A DNA stretch of 39,908 nucleotides, from NCBI GenBank assembly GCA_050733295.1, contig JBOHSQ010000028.1, forward strand, positions 1-39,908, read 5' to 3'. Made by a program: the position numbers and the translations under genes. Origin of the DNA: Gemmatimonadales bacterium (GTDB taxonomy: Bacteria; Gemmatimonadota; Gemmatimonadetes; Gemmatimonadales; GWC2-71-9). Under the pieces are notes generated by a model. It was not told the DNA's origin and searched no databases. It was given only the letters and a program-made list of their open reading frames with translations. Shown piece by piece: positions 17,727 through 25,817 of this stretch (position 1 is its first letter; every line of letters starts with the position of its first letter).

Positions 17727-18845
17727 TTGCGGAAACGTGGGGGAACGCGCCTTACGTTATTCCCATCGCGTCCGGCAGAGCAACCCGTGGATTCCAGCCA
17801 GCGCTTCTCGCTCGTTCTCGGTGGAGGCGGCCTCAAGGGGCTCGCCCACATCGGCGTGCTGCGCGCCCTGGAGGAGCGGGGGCGTTCTCCCGACGCCCTG
17901 GTGGGCACGAGCATCGGCGCGCTGGTGGCCGCGGGCTACGCGGCCGGCGTGCCGGTGGACGAGCTCTGGGAGCGCGCGCTTCTGGTGGAGCGCCGGCATG
18001 TCTTCCAGATCGCCCACGTCGACATGGCCTTCCGGCGGATGCTCTCCCCCGCCGTCTACCGCCGGGAGCCGCTCGAGTCGCTGGTCACGAGCCTGGTGGG
18101 GTCGCGCACCTTCAAGGAACTCGGCCGCCAGCTGGTGGTGAATACCGCGGACCTCAACTCGGGCATGCAGGTGCTCTGGGGCATGCCCGGCCTCGACGAC
18201 GTGGGCGTGGCCGACGCCGTGATCGCCTCGTGTGCGCTGCCGGGCATCTTCCCGCCGCGGGAGATCCGGGGTCGCTGGTACATGGACGGCGCCGTCATCG
18301 AGAGCCTGCCGATCCGCGCCGCGGGGGTCCTGACCGACGGCCCCGTCGTGGCGGTGGACCTCGGGGGCGGCGGGGCGCTGCGGGAGGGAATCGAACGGCA
18401 GGGGTTCGCGGCCACCTACGCCCGCGGATTCGAGATCGTCATGGGAACCCGGCTCGAGCTGCAGGCACTGACCTATCGCCGCCCGCCGGTCCTGCTGGTG
18501 GCCCCCCGCCTGGCCCACCTCTCGATGTTCGCCTTCGACGATACCGCCAACCTGCTGCAGGAGGGTTATCGCGCGACCCTGGAGGCGCTGGATCACTTCG
18601 ACGAACTGTTCGAACCGGGCGCCATCGGGCTCTACCCGCGCCGCCGCGTGATCCTGAGCGTGGACCGCGAGCACTGCATCGGGTGCCGCGCCTGCGTCGC
18701 CCGTGCGCCCGACATCTTCCAGATGGATTCGAGCGGCAAGGCGGTCGTGATCTCGCCCGAGCAGGTGTGGTCGCCGTTCGACGGCAGCTACGTCCGCAAC
18801 TGCCCGACCTGGGCCATCAAGGCGAAGCCGGCCCCGCCCCGCTAG
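17727..18845 (+). CDS. patatin-like phospholipase fused to a C-terminal single-cluster ferredoxin domain
   Basis: Patatin motifs LVLGGGGLKG (oxyanion), GTSIGA (GxSxG) and MDGAV (DGA/G Asp). The C-terminal VDREHCIGCRACVARAPDIF...VRNCPTWAI is CxxCxxC...CP. The start is uncertain: TTG 17727 or in-frame GTG 17787. Confidence 0.85.
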   Translation: MRKRGGTRLTLFPSRPAEQPVDSSQRFSLVLGGGGLKGLAHIGVLRALEERGRSPDALVGTSIGALVAAGYAAGVPVDELWERALLVERRHVFQIAHVDMAFRRMLSPAVYRREPLESLVTSLVGSRTFKELGRQLVVNTADLNSGMQVLWGMPGLDDVGVADAVIASCALPGIFPPREIRGRWYMDGAVIESLPIRAAGVLTDGPVVAVDLGGGGALREGIERQGFAATYARGFEIVMGTRLELQALTYRRPPVLLVAPRLAHLSMFAFDDTANLLQEGYRATLEALDHFDELFEPGAIGLYPRRRVILSVDREHCIGCRACVARAPDIFQMDSSGKAVVISPEQVWSPFDGSYVRNCPTWAIKAKPAPPR

Positions 18846-20029
18846 CTCCTGGCGGCGTGCGCCTCCCCCAACCGCCACAGCGCACGGGCCACCCGCTCCC
18901 AGTGGTACATCGTCTCCGCCGCCCGCCGGCCGGTGGCGGCCATGCGCCCAGCACGCGCCGGGTCGTCGAGCAGGGCAGCGATGGCCGCCGTGGCCGCCTC
19001 GACGTCGGTCGGCTCGACCAGGAATCCCGTCTCGCCCTCACGGACGGCATCGGGCACGCCACCGGCGCGCCCGGCGACCACTGGCAACCCGGAGGCGGAT
19101 GCCTCGACGAAGGAGATTCCGAAGCCCTCGACCTCGCGTCCCTCCTCGCGGGACAGGCCAACATACACGTCCGCCGCGGCGTAGAGCGGCGGCAACAGCT
19201 CCTCCGGCACCAGCCCCAGGAATCGCACCCGGTCGGCGACGCCATGCTCGGCAGCGCACCGTGCCAGGCGCTCGCGATCCGGCCCGTCGCCGGCAATCGC
19301 GTAGCGCAGGTCGGGGTGGCGCGCCGCGAGACGTGCCAGTACCTCGAGGGCGACGTCCATCCCCTTGTGGGGGACCAGCCGCGCCACCGTCAGCATCCAG
19401 GGCCCGCCATCGAGGCCGTACCGGGCGCGGACCGGCGTCAGGTCGAGATCGGGACGGAACCGCGCCGGATCGGTGCCGAGAGGGACCACTTCGACCAGCG
19501 GGCCCCCGTCGGGCAGGTTGAGGTCGGAGGCGAGTTCGCGGACGCGGTCGCTGGTCCAGCGGCTGTTGGCCACCACCACGTCCGCGTCGCCGAGCAGCGC
19601 GCGCGCGACCCGTCGCTTGCGCGAGCTCTTGCCGACCTGGTCACGAGCGGTGAGCACGTCACCGCCGTGGACCATGACCCCGTACGGCACCCGCCGCCGC
19701 GACCGGAGCCAGCGGGCAGGATACGCGGCAGGCCGAAGGTTGCCGCACCAGGCGAACCGCACCCGGTGCCGATCGGCCAGCTCGACCACCCGCCTGCTCC
19801 AGCTCCAGAGACCGGGAAGGGTTCGGAGCCGGCCGCTCGGCACCGGGACGCGATCGACGGTCACGGGCAGAGCCGCATCCACGGCTTCCGCCCCCGGGAC
19901 CGTCCCGGTCGAGACGAGCAGCGCGTGCTCCGGGTACTTGTAGGCCAGCTCCGCCATCCAGCGCGAGATGCCGCCGCCGATGGGCGGGAAGTCGTAGGTC
20001 AGGAGCAGGTGCGGCGGCGATGATGTCAT
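18842..20029 (-). CDS. glycosyltransferase family 4 (GT-B, GT1 domain)
   Basis: YDFPPIGGGISRW at the N-terminus. EGFGISFVEASASGLPVVAGRAGGVPDAV...GETGFLV is the E-x7-E-type C-terminal motif. Confidence 0.88.
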   Translation of the reverse strand: MTSSPPHLLLTYDFPPIGGGISRWMAELAYKYPEHALLVSTGTVPGAEAVDAALPVTVDRVPVPSGRLRTLPGLWSWSRRVVELADRHRVRFAWCGNLRPAAYPARWLRSRRRVPYGVMVHGGDVLTARDQVGKSSRKRRVARALLGDADVVVANSRWTSDRVRELASDLNLPDGGPLVEVVPLGTDPARFRPDLDLTPVRARYGLDGGPWMLTVARLVPHKGMDVALEVLARLAARHPDLRYAIAGDGPDRERLARCAAEHGVADRVRFLGLVPEELLPPLYAAADVYVGLSREEGREVEGFGISFVEASASGLPVVAGRAGGVPDAVREGETGFLVEPTDVEAATAAIAALLDDPARAGRMAATGRRAAETMYHWERVARALWRLGEAHAARS

Positions 20030-20053
20030 CGGGCCTGTATACTACCTCCCTCG
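20030..20053. promoter_or_regulatory. 24-nt divergent intergenic region with palindromic GTATAC read as a -10-like element on both strands
   Basis: On plus, TATACT (20038-20043) lies 10 nt before ATG 20054. On minus, TAGTAT (20044-20039) and TATACA (20041-20036) lie 9 and 6 nt before ATG 20029. Confidence 0.35.
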
Positions 20054-21028
20054 ATGCCCGCGACGACGACCACCCCCAGGCGCCTCCTCGTGCTCGGCGC
20101 AGCGGGCCGCCACAAGACCGAGGACTCGATCGTCCGCGCGGCGCGCACTCTCGGGCAGGTGGCAACGGTGGTGGACGTGCCCGGACTCCGCCGCCGACTG
20201 GGGTCCGCCGGGCTCATGCTCGCGGCGCGGCGCGCCGAGGCATTCGAGCCCGACATCGTGCTCTGTACCCGGCATGCACACCTTCTGGGCGAGCGGCGCC
20301 TCCGGGCGCTCTTCACGGGACGCCGGGCCTGCGTCTGGTACTTCGACTTCCCGGTCCGGGACGAGGTCGTCGCGCTCGGGCGGCTGGCCGGTGAGCTGTA
20401 CCTGACCTACCTCGGGCTGGTCGCCGATTACGAGGCCCGGGGCGTCCCGGCCGTGAAGTTCCTGCCGCAGGCGCTCGACCCCGACGAGGACCGCCCCGCA
20501 GCACGCATTTCGGCGCGCTACCGCTGCGACGCCTCCTTCGTGGGATCGGGACCGTATCCCCACCGGTGGCCGCTGCTTCGCGCCATCGCCGGCATGTGCC
20601 GGCTACAGATCCGCGGTCCCGGCTGGCGCGACGCGCCTCGCGACCTGCCGGTGGCGGGGGGCGAGGTCCGGGGCAGGACCTTCGCCGAGGTCATCGGCGG
20701 CGCGGCGGTGTCACTCGGCGCCAGCGCCCTCGCGGCCCAGGACCAGGACCGCGCCTCCGCCTCGAACCGGATGTGGAAGGTGCTCGGCTGCGGGGGATTC
20801 TTCCTCGGCCCGCGCATTCCCGGCATCAAGCACTTCGCGCGCGACGGCGAGCACTGTCGCTGGTTCGGGAACATCGAGGAGGCGGTGGCAATCACGCGAT
20901 GGGCGCTCGAGCACCCGACGGAGCGGGAAGCGGTGGCGCGGCGCGGGCGGGAGCATGCGCTCGCGAACCACACCTACGCGCGGAGGTTGGAGCTGCTGCT
21001 GGCCGGGCGGAGTTACCCGATTGCCTGA
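20054..21028 (+). CDS. CgeB-like glycosyltransferase (DUF3880 / Glyco_trans_1_2 type)
   Basis: The C-terminal pattern SNRMWKVLGCGGFFLG...FGNIEEAVAITRWALEHPTEREAVARRGREHALANHTYARRLELL is typical of the CgeB-type domain. Family call from memory. Confidence 0.72.
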   Translation: MPATTTTPRRLLVLGAAGRHKTEDSIVRAARTLGQVATVVDVPGLRRRLGSAGLMLAARRAEAFEPDIVLCTRHAHLLGERRLRALFTGRRACVWYFDFPVRDEVVALGRLAGELYLTYLGLVADYEARGVPAVKFLPQALDPDEDRPAARISARYRCDASFVGSGPYPHRWPLLRAIAGMCRLQIRGPGWRDAPRDLPVAGGEVRGRTFAEVIGGAAVSLGASALAAQDQDRASASNRMWKVLGCGGFFLGPRIPGIKHFARDGEHCRWFGNIEEAVAITRWALEHPTEREAVARRGREHALANHTYARRLELLLAGRSYPIA

Positions 21029-21072
21029 ACCGGAGCGGTGCCCTTCCCGTCGTCCGCTGCCCGTGCCCCCGC

Positions 21073-21933
21073 TCAGACGATCTCGTAATTCCTGAACTCG
21101 AACACCCGCGCACCCGTCGTCCGCTCGATGAGCCCGGAAATCCAGTAGCGCAGGAACGCGGGCTTGAAGCGCCGCGGCCCGACCGGTGCGGTCTTCCCCC
21201 GCCATCGCGCGACGTACCCGCTCGCGGCCTGCGGGTGCGTGCCGGTGAATCGCTCGAGACCCGGGATCCACGGGACCAGGGGCCGCTCTTCGCCGACGGG
21301 ACGCCATGGGTACATCGACTTCCCGACCTCGCGCTTCCGCTCCAACGCGATCGTCGGACGCGACCAGCCGTAGTGGAACATCTCGGCATCGGTGAGACGA
21401 GCGCGGATCTTCCTGTGCTCCGGCCCGACCCGGAAGCCCTGGGCGCCCTGATAGGGACGGATATCGAGTGCGGGGTCGAGGCGCACTGCACGGACTTCGC
21501 GCCGGTACCAGCGACGGTGGGTCGCCAGCGTGTCGAAGTCGCCATAAAAGTGACGGTAGTGGACCAGCAGCCCCTCGACCGCCGGATCGCCGTCGCAGGC
21601 CTGGATGGCAGTGGCCAGGATGTGCGCGCCCCGTTCGTGCAGCACCTCGTCGGCCTGGATATAGATCCCCCACGGATGCGCGCACGCGCGCATCGCCTTG
21701 AGGGTCTCCTCGCCAAGCATGTAGTTGCGCTTGGAGAGGTCCCAGGTGCTCTCGATGATTCGCACCTTCGGGTTCGCCATGCTCCGCACCACCTCGAGCG
21801 TGTCGTCCTCCGACTGCCCCACGTTCACGACCACTTCGTCGCATGCGTCGAGCAGTGAGGCGATGCTGGCCTCGAGCGGGAAGCAGAGCTTCACCGCGTT
21901 CCGCGCTATGGTGAATCCGGAGATCTTCGTCAC
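21073..21933 (-). CDS. glycosyltransferase, family 2-like
   Basis: Start at GTG 21933 (VTKISGFTIARNAVKLCFPLEASIASLLDACDEVVVNVGQSEDDT), with GAGGA upstream. The Arg/Pro-rich upstream extension of the 398-aa ORF is not coding-like. Confidence 0.68.
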   Translation of the reverse strand: MTKISGFTIARNAVKLCFPLEASIASLLDACDEVVVNVGQSEDDTLEVVRSMANPKVRIIESTWDLSKRNYMLGEETLKAMRACAHPWGIYIQADEVLHERGAHILATAIQACDGDPAVEGLLVHYRHFYGDFDTLATHRRWYRREVRAVRLDPALDIRPYQGAQGFRVGPEHRKIRARLTDAEMFHYGWSRPTIALERKREVGKSMYPWRPVGEERPLVPWIPGLERFTGTHPQAASGYVARWRGKTAPVGPRRFKPAFLRYWISGLIERTTGARVFEFRNYEIV

Positions 21934-22042
21934 GGTGGGGTCCTCTGGCCGGGGCTGAATCTGCGCCGGCCCCGGGACGCGCCGCAAGCCGACCGTGGCG
22001 CGGGTACATTGCGGGCGTCGCCGCCAGCCGGGAGCCGGGCCG

Positions 22043-22972
22043 ATGACTTCATCCACTCCGACCCCGCCAGCAGCGTCCGCTCTCACTGACCGTCGCGTCC
22101 TCGTCACCGGCGCCACCGGCTTCCTGGGAGCGCACCTGGTCCGGGCACTGGCGGGGGGAGGGGCTCGCGTGTTTGCGGTCGCCCGGCGGCGGTCGCCCGA
22201 TGTGCCCGACGCCATCCAGGCCGACTTCGCCGACCCCGCCGCGGTCCGCGAAGTGCTCGCCACCTCCACACCCGACCTGGTCTACCATCTCGCGGCGCAC
22301 GCGTGGGCGCCCCCGCGGCTCGACCTGGTGCAGCCGACCTTCCGGAGCGGCCCGGTCACCCTGGTGAACCTGCTCGTGACGCTGGCGGAGTCGGGGCGGC
22401 GCATCCGCGTCGTGGTACCGGGATCGCAGAACCAGCCGTTGCCGGGCTCCGGCGACACCCCGGCGTCACCATACGCGGCAGCGAAGGCGGCCGAAGGACT
22501 CTACTGCGACCTCTTCGAGCGGGTCTTCGGCCTGCCGTTCGTGCAGCTCCGGCTCTTTCCCGCCTACGGTCCGGGCCAGCATCCCGACAAGCTCATTCCG
22601 TCCGTCGCGCTCGCCCTGCTCCGTGGCGATTCTCCGGTCATCGGCAACCCGGACCTTGCCCTCGACTGGCTGTATGTGGACGACGCCGTGGAGGCGCTGG
22701 TCGCGGCGGGGACGTCCGACGCCGAAGCAGCAGGGCCGATCGATGTGGGGACGGGGGCGGCGACCGAACTCCGCGTGGTGGCCGGGATGCTCGCCGATCT
22801 GGTGGGCGGCCCGGGACGCCCGAGGTTCGCGGCGACTGCCGAGCGGCCCCTCGAGCGCAGCCAGGCCGCCGATACCGACGCCGCGGAGCGGCTGCTGGGC
22901 TGGCGGGCGAGGGTGTCGATCCGCGAGGGACTCGCCCGCACGGTGGCGGGCCTGAGGGAGCCGAAGGCCTAG
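22043..22972 (+). CDS. NAD-dependent epimerase/dehydratase (SDR family)
   Basis: VLVTGATGFLGAHLV Rossmann motif and YAAAKAAEG (YxxxK). ATG 22043 chosen over the upstream alternative start. Confidence 0.88.
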   Translation: MTSSTPTPPAASALTDRRVLVTGATGFLGAHLVRALAGGGARVFAVARRRSPDVPDAIQADFADPAAVREVLATSTPDLVYHLAAHAWAPPRLDLVQPTFRSGPVTLVNLLVTLAESGRRIRVVVPGSQNQPLPGSGDTPASPYAAAKAAEGLYCDLFERVFGLPFVQLRLFPAYGPGQHPDKLIPSVALALLRGDSPVIGNPDLALDWLYVDDAVEALVAAGTSDAEAAGPIDVGTGAATELRVVAGMLADLVGGPGRPRFAATAERPLERSQAADTDAAERLLGWRARVSIREGLARTVAGLREPKA

Positions 22973-22997
22973 GCAACAGGTCCGTCCGACGGGCTGC

Positions 22998-23500
22998 TCA
23001 CGAGGCGAACCCGACCATACGGACCAGGTGCCGCAGCCGGTGCATGTAGGTGTGCTCCTGCATCGCCCGGCGGCGCGGGGCCGCCGCCCAGCGCCTCCGC
23101 GGCGGGAAGGTCGTGCAGCAGCTCCTCGACATACGCGCGGAGCTTCTGGGCCGAGCGGAAGGTGCGGACCTCCTCGCCTGGGGTGAAGCACGCGTGCAGG
23201 TCGCCCCGGTCGTCCACCACCTGGGCGGCGCCAATGGCGGCCAGCTCGAGCAGCCGCCGGTTGCAGCCGACATCGCGGCCGGCCAGGACCCCCTCCGCCG
23301 TGTGATGGATGTTCACCGCAACCGACGCGCCACCGTAGGCCCGCAGGAAGTCGTCCATGACCATCCGTTCCCCGCGGCAGCAGTCGCGCAGCGAGGTGCG
23401 GCGCCACCCCGGTCCCCACGGGGCCAGCCCGAACTCGACCAGCTGCGCCAGCAGGGCCTCACGCCGGGCGGTCGCCCGCCCCGCGAAGACCACGTTCGCG
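22998..23500 (-). pseudogene. truncated, frameshifted copy of the 3' half of the CgeB-like gene at 24825-25817
   Basis: The translation VVFAGRATARREALLAQLVEFGLAPWGPGWRRTSLRD... is near-identical to residues of the intact paralogue. Between 23064 and 23100 the copy has 37 nt where the intact gene has 36 (24891-24926). The conserved C-terminus RRRAMQEHTYMHRLRHLVRMVGFAS therefore falls in another frame. Confidence 0.78.
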
Positions 23501-23502
23501 CG

Positions 23503-23584
23503 GCAGCGAGGTGATGCTGGCCTGGAGCGGGAAGCAGAGCTTGACCGCGTTCCGCGCGATGGTGAACCCCGAGATTCGCGTCAC
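23503..23584 (-). pseudogene. duplicated 5' fragment (first ~27 codons) of the GT2-like gene at 21073-21933
   Basis: Manual alignment of 23503-23584 to 21852-21933 gives 72 of 82 identical positions. It starts with a GTG overlapping the upstream stop (GTGA) and runs into TGA after about 41 codons, out of frame with the adjoining CgeB-like remnant. Confidence 0.72.
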
Positions 23585-24828
23585 GCCACCGCCTCCCGGA
23601 AGCCATGCTTCCCGGCGGGCGCGGGCAGCGCCCGGAGTGCGAGCCAGAGCATCGCCCCGAGGAGGGCGAGCAGGAGCCAGGTATAGAAACTGTAGCCGCC
23701 CAGCAGGCGATGGGCCTCACGGCCGAGGACGTCGCGCCCGGCGAAGCCGCTCGCCACGCACAGTACGCCGAGCCCGCGCACCAGCCACCGCTGGGCCGGG
23801 GGCATGCCCGACACCGGCGTGGCGAGCAGCACGAAGAAGACGAAGAGCATGCTCACGAGGTGCGCCTTCCAGGTGAGCGGGGAGACCAGGTGCATCGCCG
23901 CGAATGCGGCCGCGAGCTCGTGCACGTTGACCGGGCTCCCGGCCAGGGCCAGGCGCAGCAGCACCAGCACGAATGCCGCGAGGACCGCCAGCGAGGCGAC
24001 CTGCGTCGCACGCGTGGCCGCGGCGCGCCCGGCCGGGACCAGCACGTACGATCGGCCGCCCGGAGCCTCCGGGGCAACCAACGCGCGATCGATGGCGGCG
24101 GCCAGGCCCTGGTTGGTGACCTCCCGCGCGACGCGACCCTGGGCGAAATCGGCGAGGAATGTCGCGTAGTACTCCCGGTAGTCGGCCAGCCCGCGGGCGG
24201 GGCCCCGCTGGAGCAGGGGGCTCACGAGGAGGAGGGGCACGAGTGCGGCGGCGAATGCAAGGGTGCGGCGCCGTCCCCGGACCAGGAGCCAGAGGAGGAA
24301 GATGCCGGCCGTGAGCTTGACCAGCGTCGGGATGACCAGGAGCGCCGCCGCCCCCGCGCTCCGGCCCCGCAGCTCCGCCAGGAGTCCGCCTAGGCAGAGC
24401 GCGAGGAGCGCCAGGTTGACCTGGTTGAGCTTGAGGTTGTTGAGGAGTAGGTGGAACGAGCCGGCCAGTGCGAGCGCGAGCGGCCACCGCCAGGACCCGA
24501 GTCCGGGAAGCGCCAGCTCGGCGAGGCGGACCGACTGGATGGCGACGACGCCGATGAGGCCCACGCTGAGGGCATGGAACGCCACGGCAGACAGCGGCAG
24601 CGGGAACAGGCCGAGGACCTGGAAGACCATGGCCGCGAAAGGGGGATAGATGAAGCTCCTCGCGCCGGGCGTAGGCTGGTAGAGCGGACGCCCGTCGAGG
24701 AAGTCCCGGCCCGCCTGCCAGAAGACGTGGAAGTCGGTCCCGACCCGCTGGTCCAGCTGCCACAGCGACACGCCGACCGCCATCGCCACCGCCGCGGCCC
24801 ACGCCAGCCGGCGGCCGGACTCGGTCAC
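23581..24828 (-). CDS. DUF2029 / glycosyltransferase family 87-like polytopic membrane protein
   Basis: TDFHVFWQAGRDFLDGRPLYQP...FIYPPFAAMVF near the N-terminus, followed by about 9-10 hydrophobic helices. The GTG start overlaps the upstream stop. Confidence 0.75.
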   Translation of the reverse strand: MTESGRRLAWAAAVAMAVGVSLWQLDQRVGTDFHVFWQAGRDFLDGRPLYQPTPGARSFIYPPFAAMVFQVLGLFPLPLSAVAFHALSVGLIGVVAIQSVRLAELALPGLGSWRWPLALALAGSFHLLLNNLKLNQVNLALLALCLGGLLAELRGRSAGAAALLVIPTLVKLTAGIFLLWLLVRGRRRTLAFAAALVPLLLVSPLLQRGPARGLADYREYYATFLADFAQGRVAREVTNQGLAAAIDRALVAPEAPGGRSYVLVPAGRAAATRATQVASLAVLAAFVLVLLRLALAGSPVNVHELAAAFAAMHLVSPLTWKAHLVSMLFVFFVLLATPVSGMPPAQRWLVRGLGVLCVASGFAGRDVLGREAHRLLGGYSFYTWLLLALLGAMLWLALRALPAPAGKHGFREAVA

Positions 24829-25817
24829 GAGCCGAACCCGATCGAGCGGACCAGCTGCCGGAGTCGGTGCATGTAGGTGTGCTCGCGCATGGCCCGACGG
24901 CGGGCCGCCTCGCCCATCGCCTCCGCGGCGGGGAGATCGTGCAACAGCCCTTCGACGTGCGCGCGGAGTTCCTGCGCCGAGCGGAAGACCCGAATCTCCT
25001 CCCCGGCGGTGAAGCAGCCGTGCAGGTCGGCGCGATCGTCGACCACCTGGGCGGAGCCGATGGCGGCCAGCTCGAAGAGCCGACGGTTGCAGCCGGTGTC
25101 GCGCCCTGCCAGCACTCCTTCAGCCGTGTGATGGATGTTCACCGCCACCGACGCCCCACCGTAGGCGCGCAGGAAGTCGTCCATCACCATGCGCTCGCCG
25201 CGGCAGTAGTCGCGCAGCGAGGTGCGCCGCCACCCCGGTCCCCAGAGCGCGAGCCCGAACTCCACCAACTGCGCCAGCAGGGCCTCACGGCGCGCGGTCG
25301 CGCGCCCCGCGAACACCACGTTCGCCCGGAACTCGCCTCCTGCGCGCCGGGGGCGGTGAACCGAAGGGTCGCAGGCCGGGGCCAGCCACTCCGGCACCTC
25401 CCGCAGCCGGTCACCGAGCACCCCGGCCACGTCGGATCCGCTCGCGAAGACACGGTCGTAAGCCTGCGCCTCTTCCCACAGCGAGTCGGCGGCCTCGAGT
25501 CCGTGGGGAAACCAGGCCACCCATCGCGCGCTGCTTCGTGAACGGAGGCCGGCCAGGAGGTCATGCCCGAGCGGGTCCTCCCCGGAGACGAGCACCAGGT
25601 CCGGATTGGTCGAGTCAAGCGCCCGCGCCACCCGGGTGCGCAGGTCCCGAGCCCCTGTGAGCCGGCCGAGCAGGCCGCCGTTGCGGGCAGAGTTGACATG
25701 GTGGACCGTCCAGCCGAGCCGCTCCAGCGCGCGGCGCCGCAAGGCGGCGTGCGCGTGCAGGCCGGCGTCGGCGGGCTCGAGCAGGAGTACGGAGCGGCCG
25801 CCTGCCGGGGCCGTCAC
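24825..25817 (-). CDS. CgeB-like glycosyltransferase (DUF3880 / Glyco_trans_1_2 type), intact paralogue
   Basis: CNRRLFELAAIGSAQVVDDRADLHGCFTAGEEIRVFRSAQELRAHVEGLLHDLPAAEAMGEAARRRAMREHTYMHRLRQL. There are 4-nt overlaps with both neighbouring genes. Confidence 0.78.
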   Translation of the reverse strand: MTAPAGGRSVLLLEPADAGLHAHAALRRRALERLGWTVHHVNSARNGGLLGRLTGARDLRTRVARALDSTNPDLVLVSGEDPLGHDLLAGLRSRSSARWVAWFPHGLEAADSLWEEAQAYDRVFASGSDVAGVLGDRLREVPEWLAPACDPSVHRPRRAGGEFRANVVFAGRATARREALLAQLVEFGLALWGPGWRRTSLRDYCRGERMVMDDFLRAYGGASVAVNIHHTAEGVLAGRDTGCNRRLFELAAIGSAQVVDDRADLHGCFTAGEEIRVFRSAQELRAHVEGLLHDLPAAEAMGEAARRRAMREHTYMHRLRQLVRSIGFGS

